Both the position numbers and the translations under genes were made by a program. 16,956 bases of DNA, from the NCBI GenBank assembly GCA_019058275.1, contig JAHLVW010000039.1:1-16956 (forward strand), written 5' to 3'. The notes under the pieces were generated by a model, which was given only the letters and a program-made list of their open reading frames with translations, did not search any database and was not told the origin of the DNA. Of this stretch, positions 1 to 7,330 are shown in pieces (within the stretch, counting starts at the first letter, position 1; each line of letters begins with the position of its first letter). This DNA is from Candidatus Heimdallarchaeota archaeon (lineage in GTDB: Archaea > Asgardarchaeota > Heimdallarchaeia > JABLTI01).

Positions 1-201
1 TCAGCAGAAGCACTCATCTTGCAACTAGACGAGCAAGAACTTTCCAAACAAACAAGAGCTAAGCAAAAGAAGGAAGCACTCGAATTATTAAAGACCGCAA
101 TTGAGCTAAATGCTGAGTGCAAGGATATGGCTCGAAAAGATCCTCCTTTTGATTCTTTAAGAGATAATGATGATTTCAAGGAGCTAGTAGGGCAAGATTA
201 G
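1..201 (+). CDS. 3' end of a TPR-family protein (TPR end-of-group-like C-terminus); partial, runs off the left edge
   Basis: Frame is open from base 1 (SAEALIL...). The C-terminus EALELLKTAIELNAECKDMARKDPPFDSLRDNDDFKELV fits the typical A..D.DF..LR....F..L capping motif of TPR proteins. Confidence 0.75.
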   Translation, partial: SAEALILQLDEQELSKQTRAKQKKEALELLKTAIELNAECKDMARKDPPFDSLRDNDDFKELVGQD

Positions 202-417
202 AAAGAAAGAAACATCTGTCTTACTTCCGTTTTCTCTTGGGAAAAGAGGAAATAATGGGTTCTTTAATGAGTGTGTTAAACATTTATTAAAATCTATTCT
301 TCCACTCAAAGTTCCATTACTTTTATTGATCTACAAATTTCTTCCTCGAAAAATTAGATATTTATAAAGAATTTTGCTGTAGGGAAAAAATGCTATTAGA
401 TTGCTGGGGAATGATAA

Positions 418-1353
418 TTGATTAATGGTATATCTGATGAGAAAATCCTCTTTACTGTTCTAGAAGCATATGGTCAGAATATAGAGAAACAGTTGCCAAC
501 TGAAACTGATAATGACTATGCGAGTCCCGAAGAGAAATTAGCATTATTATTAGAACTGTTACCTAAAATAACCAAAAAAGCTTACTTGCTAAACACTATA
601 GGAATTTCACTCTTCCAGATGAATCGCTTATCGGAAGCAATTGTCTACATGAAACAAGCAGTTAGTATTGACCCACACATAACTCAATACAAGTGCAATC
701 TTGGCTTGTTCTATTATCGAATGGGAGATATTGAGAAAGCTATTAAGTCCATTAGTGATGTGGATATTCTTTGGTTGAAAGGAACTTCTCCAATGCAGGA
801 ATTATATGACCTCTATGATGCACAGGAAGCTTTTCATGAAGAGGTCCTAAAAATTCTACTAGATGAGGATCCTGAAAGTGTTTATGTTCTCAACAATTTA
901 GCTTCTTTTTATTCAGAAACAGAAAAATATAGAGATGCAATTGATTGTTACAAACGAATTCTTGAATTAAATCCTGAAAACTTTAGTTCTCTAACTAATA
1001 TCGCTTTACTTTCAATGCAATTAGGTGATAAATCAAGAGCAAGACTCTACTTTCTTAAAGCCCTGAAATTGGATTCATCTAATTATCTTATACTACGAAT
1101 TCTAGTAAGGATGTATCTAGTAGATGAGGACTATCAACGAGCACTTACTATTCTAGATCAGTCATTAGTTCATTATCCTGACGAACCAGATGTTCTATTA
1201 GACTTGGCATATGTTACTGCAAATTTGAATCAAGATGATAAAGCAACTGATTTTCTCCAAAAATGCTTGAACATTGCTCCTGAATACTTTCTAAGAATTG
1301 ATCGTGAATCCATTTTCCATCCATTACTCAAGAATCTGGATGTGAAAAGTTAA
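418..1353 (+). CDS. Tetratricopeptide repeat protein, 311 aa
   Basis: Several 34-aa TPR units (LNTIGISLFQMNRLSEAIVYMKQAVSIDP; LNNLASFYSETEKYRDAIDCYKRILELNP; LLDLAYVTANLNQDDKATDFLQKCLNIAP). TTG start preceded by GGGGA. Confidence 0.9.
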   Translation: MINGISDEKILFTVLEAYGQNIEKQLPTETDNDYASPEEKLALLLELLPKITKKAYLLNTIGISLFQMNRLSEAIVYMKQAVSIDPHITQYKCNLGLFYYRMGDIEKAIKSISDVDILWLKGTSPMQELYDLYDAQEAFHEEVLKILLDEDPESVYVLNNLASFYSETEKYRDAIDCYKRILELNPENFSSLTNIALLSMQLGDKSRARLYFLKALKLDSSNYLILRILVRMYLVDEDYQRALTILDQSLVHYPDEPDVLLDLAYVTANLNQDDKATDFLQKCLNIAPEYFLRIDRESIFHPLLKNLDVKS

Positions 1354-1838
1354 CAACTGAAGCCAAGAAGGGTTTACAAGAATTTATCTCTAAATTAAAA
1401 AAGAGCTTAATGAAGAACAGAAATGGAGACTAGAGAATTTTTGGTTTCTATTTTAATCAGGAATCTCCATATATTCCAGCAAAAGTCTATTGAGCTTAAA
1501 TTCAGGTGTAATATATTCTCCTTCTTCATTCATGGAATCTTTTACAACTGAACTTTTTAACAATCTATCAAAAGATTTGATATGAATCCTGGAACAGCTT
1601 CAACATCCTTAGCTATGACATAATTATATTGAACTACAATTATAATTAATTCTTTAAAAGGGAAATTGATTTGGGGAAATATACTAAAAAATAACCGGAA
1701 AAACATAGCAATATGTGATAATTGGAATAATGAAGATAATCATAAAAAAATCCAAAAAAAATATTGGTCTTTAAATAAATTTCAAGATGAAACACACATA
1801 AATTATTGTCATTTCTTAATTGTTCTGTGATTTAATAT

Positions 1839-2726
1839 TTACATATAGTTAGTTTGATTTACATGAGATGGAGTTAGATTATTCAACTCTAATGAAGAAT
1901 CGTTAGGTGGAGCTACAACTCGCCAGTTAAAAATGTCATTCCAATTAGTAAAATTCTTCTGGTCATAACCTGCAATCCAACTAGCTGTTGATCCGAACGA
2001 TGTTTTCCATGTTGGTTCAAGTAAAAGCCATTCATATTCACCATCACCAAAACGCCATAAATCAGCCCATAAATATTCATAGTAAAAATTGATTTTAATC
2101 CAAAGAAAAGCATGATGAAAATCAGTTTCATTTTCATGCACTGTACCTAAAATAGTTTCATATCCAGAAGCTTCAAGATACGCTGCTGTCATAATAGATA
2201 TGTCATCACAATCACCTATTCTTGAATAAATTGTTTCTATTACTGATTTACTATAATCATAATATTGTGTTGTGTTCATTGTGTATTCCGTATCATTATA
2301 ATACTCAATTTTCCCAAAAATATTATTATAAATTCGAGAGGCATTCATATCTGCTTTCCAATAGCTTTTCCAAAAAGAAAACATTTGGATTGCAGCACTC
2401 ACTTCTGTCATGGAATTTTCTGATTCCCAGATTTTATCAAATTCTCTTGTATAATCTTTGAAAAAATTATATTGACCTGTATCATGTAAAACTAAATATG
2501 TACATAAATCAATATTCTCATAACCTTTTGGGAAATTTTGACGAACATAATCGAAATAGTAGAATAGCTTGTTAGGCAAGGGCATATTAGCTATATCATT
2601 TCTAGTTTTGTCAATTTTAGTTATATAAACAGGTATTAAGATACCATTAAGCGTAACACTTACACAAAGAGCTATTACTAAAATAGTTTCTTTCCTTTTA
2701 TTCATTGTAATTAATTTGTCATCCAT
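1839..2726 (-). CDS. Membrane-anchored transglutaminase-like (papain-fold) cysteine protease domain protein
   Basis: N-terminal hydrophobic segment (ILVIALCVSVTLNGILIPVYI). Catalytic-type motifs GDCDD, HHAF and WLLLEPT. Confidence 0.8.
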   Translation of the reverse strand: MDDKLITMNKRKETILVIALCVSVTLNGILIPVYITKIDKTRNDIANMPLPNKLFYYFDYVRQNFPKGYENIDLCTYLVLHDTGQYNFFKDYTREFDKIWESENSMTEVSAAIQMFSFWKSYWKADMNASRIYNNIFGKIEYYNDTEYTMNTTQYYDYSKSVIETIYSRIGDCDDISIMTAAYLEASGYETILGTVHENETDFHHAFLWIKINFYYEYLWADLWRFGDGEYEWLLLEPTWKTSFGSTASWIAGYDQKNFTNWNDIFNWRVVAPPNDSSLELNNLTPSHVNQTNYM

Positions 2727-2759
2727 AACCTATAACTCCATTTTCTACTTTAATGTTAA

Positions 2760-3308
2760 TCATTCAATCCTTTTCCTTCTGCTTTTCAAGTAAAAAACTG
2801 AAACCAAGAAAACAACCGAAGCTAGAATTAGTAAAGAGAAGCTAATCATACCATTTGCAGATGGTGATTCTGAATCAATGTTAGGAATTGTAAGTATAGG
2901 AGTCAATGCATCAGATACCATGTAAAATCGGACATCAATTCTGAAATCAATATCTTCCTCAATCCAAACATGAACATTATATAATAGAATATTGTTATCG
3001 TTGAAACCTCTAGTAAAATCTATTGTGCTATTCCAAAGCTGATGATAATTTCCATGATAGTCATATATTTCCCAGAGGATGTTTTTAGCAGTAAGTGTCC
3101 GATTATCAGATAGTGCTGTGATGTTAGCAATGAATGGTTTAGTTGAAACTTCAATCTCACGAGCTTCTCGTTCTTGCCAACCTGAACCAATGTAATTTGT
3201 TCCCTCGAAATAGATTCCACTAAGATGTGGAATACCTCTTGTATTCCCTAAAATTATTACAAGTAGGATGGACACTATTATAACTTTCTTTCTCAATATA
3301 TTATGCAT
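2760..3308 (-). CDS. Hypothetical cell-surface protein with N-terminal signal peptide, C-terminal TM helix and basic tail
   Basis: RKK followed by a hydrophobic N-terminus. C-terminus MISFSLLILASVVFLVSVFYL-KSRRKR. Several N-x-S/T sequons (NIT, NRT, NST). Confidence 0.7.
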   Translation of the reverse strand: MHNILRKKVIIVSILLVIILGNTRGIPHLSGIYFEGTNYIGSGWQEREAREIEVSTKPFIANITALSDNRTLTAKNILWEIYDYHGNYHQLWNSTIDFTRGFNDNNILLYNVHVWIEEDIDFRIDVRFYMVSDALTPILTIPNIDSESPSANGMISFSLLILASVVFLVSVFYLKSRRKRIE

Positions 3309-3411
3309 CCTCTAAATTATTACTATACCAATAATGAGGAATTTAAACATATAAAATAGACCTCGAGAGTTAGGTGAAAGTAATCAACTATTTATTCTTA
3401 TTTAGTTTTGT

Positions 3412-3642
3412 TCAATTTGTATCTATTCCACATCGTTTTCGAGGAATCTTAAGGACAGATTGACAATTAGGACAGGTTAGGTATATCCATTTAGAAGTCT
3501 TAGATTTGAAAAGAAACTTACGAAAATCTCCACATTCAACACAAAGATGCAAAATACTAGTAACTTCAGCTAGTTCTTTTCGCCACTCGAGAGGATCTTC
3601 CGCTTCCTGATAGCTAACACGAGTAACCAAACGCTTAGGCAA
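3412..3642 (-). CDS. Small C4 zinc-finger protein, WRKE family paralog 3 (76 aa)
   Basis: CVECG...CPNC. Shares EDP..WRKE..E.....LC..CG.F..F...CP.C...LK.PR.R with the genes at 3652-3915 and 6310-6567. TTG start with GAGGTG SD overlapping the upstream stop codon. Confidence 0.75.
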   Translation of the reverse strand: MPKRLVTRVSYQEAEDPLEWRKELAEVTSILHLCVECGDFRKFLFKSKTSKWIYLTCPNCQSVLKIPRKRCGIDTN

Positions 3643-3651
3643 AAGAACACC

Positions 3652-3915
3652 TCAGGACTCCCACTTGGGTTTAGCCCACTTAGTCTCCATGCGGTTGCGC
3701 TTACGAGGAAGCTTGAGCTCTTTCTTGCATTTTGGACAGCTGAGAAAGATGTAGTAGGACTCTTTCTTGGAAAGCTGGAAGAAACTGAACTGTCCACAAC
3801 AAGAGCAAAGACGCTGGGTACGCATCATTTCTTGGACTTCCTTTCGCCAAAGAGAAGCTTCTTCTTCCTTATCATTCTGAAACCATGGGATGTACGTATA
3901 GTGACTGCCTGCCAT
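3652..3915 (-). CDS. Small C4 zinc-finger protein, WRKE family paralog 2 (87 aa)
   Basis: CSCCG...CPKC and basic tail PRKRNRMETKWAKPKW. About 68% identical by hand alignment (58/85) to 6310-6567. Confidence 0.85.
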   Translation of the reverse strand: MAGSHYTYIPWFQNDKEEEASLWRKEVQEMMRTQRLCSCCGQFSFFQLSKKESYYIFLSCPKCKKELKLPRKRNRMETKWAKPKWES

Positions 3916-4137
3916 AAGAGTAAGTAATGCTGAAGGAAATAAAAAATAAGGGTAGGGAGATAGAAGAAAGTATTTGTTCTATGAAAAGCTAAACAATAAG
4001 ATCTTTTTGAGTTGTTCAAAACTAATTATTTGAAAAATCTAATATTTTCTTACAGTTTAAGCAATAGTAAATAACTTTATCTGATTCTTTTTCATCTTTT
4101 TTCAAATTACTATGAAAATATTTTGGAATTGAAATTT
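3658..4137. repeat. Diverged direct-repeat segment, copy 1; copy 2 is at about 6313-6790
   Basis: Same gene order and orientation. Shared nucleotide blocks include TATTTTCTTACAGTT, AAAGTATTTG (3967-3976 and 6615-6624) and CTGGGTACGCATCATTTC. Confidence 0.8.
4022..4137 (-). pseudogene. Decayed copy of the 49-aa zinc-ribbon gene at 6669-6818
   Basis: Minus strand reads KFQFQNIF, a 1-nt frameshift, then NLKKDEKESDKVIYYCLNCKKILDFSNN*, versus KLGFEDICWNNLKKDDKKTNKVAYYCSNCKKILGFSSK* in the intact copy. No start codon. Confidence 0.75.
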
Positions 4138-4189
4138 ATTGTTAATAAACGTTAAATATTAATTCAGCTCTTTTCTATTAAGAGAGGGA

Positions 4190-4810
4190 TTGCTAATTAA
4201 CAAGAAATCTTTACACTTTGAATATTCATTAGCATTTAACTATTATATAGCATCAAGTTATCATACTGCCTTTATAGCAAATCTACTCACAAATTATTTT
4301 TCAAATTTCCCAAATAATTTACCAAATGACATAGTTAAGATGTTTAAAATTGCTGATGATTATGCAAACAAAGTTCATGAGGTTATGAAAAAGCAACGAA
4401 AAGATGTATTTCTGCAATACAATAGTAAAGAGGAAGCTGCTATTGCAATGGATAATCAATATCCTGAAGAAATAAATGGTTTGCCTAAACATATAACAGA
4501 TTTAGGTGAATTGCTTTACTTGGAGAAAACAACTCCGCAAGCATTAACAGGTATTAGTAATAACATTGACTATCTAGATTTTGTTTGGTATATTCAAGCT
4601 GAAAAGATAGTGTTATCACATGCATATCTTGAAGCTTTTTTAACCAAAACAATTGATATCGTTTGTAAATCTGATCATTCTGTAATTGAAAAATTTCTCA
4701 ATGTACAAATAAAAGAGGAAGAATATCAAAGTAAAGGTGCTTACTTCAAGTCTGAGACTCGATTAAAAATTTCTGCAACCCTAGAAGGCAAACGTCCTAC
4801 CCTCAACTGA
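4190..4810 (+). CDS. Hypothetical helical protein, 206 aa, possibly truncated or chimeric at the C-terminus
   Basis: Long ORF with TTG start after GAGAGGGA. No confident family. IVLSHAYLEAFL is weakly HEPN-like and the last ~25 aa look NUMOD3-like. Confidence 0.6.
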   Translation: MLINKKSLHFEYSLAFNYYIASSYHTAFIANLLTNYFSNFPNNLPNDIVKMFKIADDYANKVHEVMKKQRKDVFLQYNSKEEAAIAMDNQYPEEINGLPKHITDLGELLYLEKTTPQALTGISNNIDYLDFVWYIQAEKIVLSHAYLEAFLTKTIDIVCKSDHSVIEKFLNVQIKEEEYQSKGAYFKSETRLKISATLEGKRPTLN

Positions 4811-5008
4811 AAGTATTTTTGTCGGAAGAAACACTGAAAAATAGAAAATTCAGTATAAAAATTCCTCTATTTTTCAATTTAGTAAAGAATTTTCAGGATT
4901 TATTAAATTTAAATAGAATTGTACAAGATTTCAAATTTTTCTTTATTCACCATTATTCATCAAATTACAATTGCAGATTATTTTCTATTTATTTATCCAA
5001 AGATTAGA

Positions 5009-5995
5009 TTAGAACCAAAGTAGTATACCAGTAATTAAACTTATTATACCAATAATTAAACTTGCTATACCAATAATTAAACTTGCTATACTAATATGTT
5101 TTCCCCATTTCTCCATAAAAGATTTCTTTGTAGGAGCATTAATTGGAGAAGAACGGACTAATCTATCAACGACGCTCTTATCAAGGACAATATCTTTAAT
5201 CAACTCGGTTTCCTTGACAGATTCACCTTTTTTTCCTTTTTCAAATTCCCAATGTCTGGTGAGATCGTTATAAAGAATTCTTTCACCATAATTTACCTTA
5301 CTTTTTCGCTTCATTTTTAAAATTTGTTTATTTCCATCTGAATTTGGTCCTTCTAATTTAGCTAAAGACCAAGCGTATAGAAATTTATCACTTTCTTTAT
5401 CCATTAGATTTCTTATTTGAGCAACTGCTTCTGGATAATTCTCATTATTAGTGTCAATAATTATCCCAAGAACATAAGCAATATATTTTTTTAAATAAAA
5501 ACTTCTAGTATTTATCATCTCTTGAATTAAATCAGGAACTAGATTGTCACAGACATTAACTGCCTTTAAACCTATATCGCCAATAGACAAAACAGCTTTC
5601 GTTTGTACTACTTCATTTTCTCGTTTTTTAGTTGTTGTAAGCAATGCATCTATTACTTTCTTATCAGAAGCTCTTATTTTACCTAATGTTAAAGCTGCTC
5701 TTCTTTTTACAATATTTTTGCTTCCTATGAGTAGTTTCTCAATAATAACATCTATTAACATATCACCTCCCAATTCTTTAGCTTTTACGCCAATTTTTCC
5801 TATTGATTCAATTAATCTTTCACTAACCCAATGATTTTTTTCATTTTTTATTCTATCAGTTAAAGCATCTACTATCTTCTTTAATTTCCTATTAGCTTCG
5901 TCTTCATTTTCAATTCCCTCTAATGGTTTTTTTCCTATCAGTGATTTTTCATCAATAATTTTTACTCCTATTTCACCTAAAGTAATCCCAGCCAT
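5009..5995 (-). CDS. HEAT/PBS-repeat protein with C-terminal membrane anchor; downstream part of a frameshifted gene spanning 5009-6249
   Basis: Repeats such as VKRRAALTLGKI, VQTKAVLSIGDI and LKKYIAYVLGII. Hydrophobic C-terminus. The frame stays open upstream of the annotated ATG to 6103, and that ATG lies inside a HEAT unit (EIRRMAGITLGEIG). Confidence 0.8.
   Translation of the reverse strand: MAGITLGEIGVKIIDEKSLIGKKPLEGIENEDEANRKLKKIVDALTDRIKNEKNHWVSERLIESIGKIGVKAKELGGDMLIDVIIEKLLIGSKNIVKRRAALTLGKIRASDKKVIDALLTTTKKRENEVVQTKAVLSIGDIGLKAVNVCDNLVPDLIQEMINTRSFYLKKYIAYVLGIIIDTNNENYPEAVAQIRNLMDKESDKFLYAWSLAKLEGPNSDGNKQILKMKRKSKVNYGERILYNDLTRHWEFEKGKKGESVKETELIKDIVLDKSVVDRLVRSSPINAPTKKSFMEKWGKHISIASLIIGIASLIIGIISLITGILLWF
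5025..5095. repeat. 21-bp tandem repeat, about 3.4 copies, encoding the heptad GI(A/I)SLI(I/T) transmembrane tail
   Basis: ATACCAATAATTAAACTTGCT is exact at 5046-5066 and 5067-5087, with a variant at 5025-5045 and a partial copy at 5088-5095. Confidence 0.9.
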
Positions 5996-6060
5996 TCTAC
6001 GAATTTCAAATATAAAACCATCATTTAGTGATTTTATTATTTCATTAATTATCCCTTCAT

Positions 6061-6249
6061 CTAGAGGTTCTCTAATTCTGAAAAATCGTAAAGCAAAATA
6101 ACGTTAAGAAAACGATTTTCCTTTAGTAAATACCTTTTAATTTCTTCATCATCTTTGGATTTCTCATCAAATTTTTTTCTATTAATTTTTATTCCCAAAT
6201 AGAAAATAATTTTTGCACATTTTCTAAGAAATCTATATCTATTACTCAA
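6061..6249 (-). pseudogene. 5' fragment of the HEAT-repeat gene, separated by an apparent 1-nt deletion near 6104-6105
   Basis: TTG start with GGTGA SD. Restoring one A (CTT AA- CGT to CTT AAA CGT) fuses ...LLKENRFL to RYFALRFFRIREPLDEGIINEIIKSLND...IRRMAGITLGEIG. Confidence 0.65.
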
Positions 6250-6309
6250 TTCCTTTTCACCATAATTTGGTATAATTATTGTTGTTATTTATATTTAAAA
6301 ATAATGGTG

Positions 6310-6567
6310 CTATTTCCACTTTGGTTTTGCCCATTTTGTTACCATGCGATTACGTTGGCGAGGAAGCTTGAGAACAGTCTGACAGTTAGGACAGGAAAAG
6401 TGAATGTAGTAAGGCTCCTTCTGAGCGAAGAGAAAGAGATGGAACTGACCACAGTGAGAACAAAGTTTCTGGGTACGCATCATTTCAAGAGCTTCCTTTC
6501 TCCATAGGGAAGGATCTTCACCCTTATCATTTGGAAACCAAGGCATGTAGGTGTGATGAGAGGACAT
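6310..6567 (-). CDS. Small C4 zinc-finger protein, WRKE family paralog 1 (85 aa)
   Basis: CSHCG...CPNC. Start moved from TTG 6594 to ATG 6567 by alignment with the 3915 paralog (MSSHHTYMPWF vs MAGSHYTYIPWF). Confidence 0.85.
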   Translation of the reverse strand: MSSHHTYMPWFPNDKGEDPSLWRKEALEMMRTQKLCSHCGQFHLFLFAQKEPYYIHFSCPNCQTVLKLPRQRNRMVTKWAKPKWK

Positions 6568-6668
6568 ACTTGAGATAGACGATTCTAAAAACAAAGGAAG
6601 ATGGTAGAGAAATAAAAGTATTTGGAGTTGAACTTAGCAATAGGTTCTTACATGTGAGCTGTTCCTAG

Positions 6669-6818
6669 TTACTTGCTTGAGAATCCTAGTATTTTCTTAC
6701 AGTTCGAACAGTAATAAGCAACCTTGTTTGTTTTCTTATCATCCTTCTTCAGATTATTCCAGCAGATATCTTCGAACCCCAACTTTTCTTCACAGTGTAG
6801 GCTAATTACTTCGGTCAT
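6669..6818 (-). CDS. 49-aa zinc-ribbon-like microprotein missed by the ORF track
   Basis: Hand translation: MTEVISLHCEEKLGFEDICWNNLKKDDKKTNKVAYYCSNCKKILGFSSK*. Its homolog at 4022-4137 shows conservative amino-acid changes, which supports coding status. Confidence 0.7.
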   Translation of the reverse strand: MTEVISLHCEEKLGFEDICWNNLKKDDKKTNKVAYYCSNCKKILGFSSK

Positions 6819-7169
6819 ACTTTCCTATCACATTTTCAGTGTGAGTGCATTATTTTCATTTTGTTAGTTTTAAACCTTATTATTCTGTTATTTTGTTGTG
6901 AAAAAATTTATGAGAAGTGTAACCTCTCTTTCAAAAATCAGTTTTCATCATGAATTTATAAAAAGATTAACAAAACATATTAATTCAACTATCTCAGATA
7001 AACAATTGTTTGATTAAATTTCAGTTTATATTGATTCCTTCCTTTTCCCCTTGTCATAAAATTTAATTATATATGGACGAATATTTATTATTGGAGAGAT
7101 GCATTCAATACTTGGGAAACTACACTCAGTGTTTTTCCTTGGGTTTCTCTCTAAAGTTATACATTTAGG

Positions 7170-7269
7170 AGATAGTCAATGAGTGGGAGGGTAAACAACT
7201 AACTTGCGATAGAACAAAGCTCTTTTAGTTCTTCAATCTCTCATGAACCTCCCGCTACTTTGATTTTCT
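7170..7269 (+). ncRNA. Candidate structured small RNA (long hairpin) carrying SD-led mini-ORFs
   Basis: 7182-7190 AGTGGGAGG pairs with 7248-7256 CCTCCCGCT (one G:U). 7174-7179 AGTCAA pairs with 7260-7265 TTGATT. Inner stem AGAAC 7211-7215 pairs with GTTCT 7228-7232. G:U pairs favour the + strand. Confidence 0.35.
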
Positions 7270-7330
7270 ACAGGTATTTTAAATGAAAAACTTGATATTC
7301 AAGGACTCAGAGCAATATGGACAAATTAAT

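Noticed and set aside
221-255. Imperfect hairpin after the first TPR gene (TTACTTCCGTTTTC / GAAAAGAGGAAATAA)
   Set aside because: It has mismatches and no clean U-tract, so it is too weak to call a terminator.
1453-1620. Minus-strand protein-like fragment ending ...SMNEEGEYITPEFKLNRLLLEYMEIPD*
   Set aside because: Possibly a pseudogene remnant, but there is no recognisable family or credible start.
1913-3220. ORFs 1913-2137, 2222-2461 and 3020-3220
   Set aside because: Alternative-frame or antisense shadows of better-supported genes.
3921-3930. The first 10 nt of spacer 1 (TAAGTAATGC) match just upstream of the 87-aa zinc-finger start
   Set aside because: The match stops at 10 nt, the 5' flank GAG is not a typical I-B PAM, and such a hit is plausible by chance in AT-rich DNA across ten spacers.
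3570-4019. ORFs 3570-3797 and 3825-4019
   Set aside because: They overlap the zinc-finger genes in other frames and are not conserved in the duplicate cassette.
4819-5007. 62-aa ORF
   Set aside because: Low-complexity, AT-driven composition. Only its first residues are of note (see the NUMOD3 finding).
5544-6507. Plus-strand ORFs 5544-5834 and 6304-6507
   Set aside because: Antisense shadows of the HEAT and zinc-finger genes.
7258-7291. Possible third pseudo-repeat 39 nt beyond pseudo-repeat 2 (minus GTTTTTC...TGTAGAAAATCAAAG)
   Set aside because: Only GTTT and TGTAG match, which is not distinguishable from chance.
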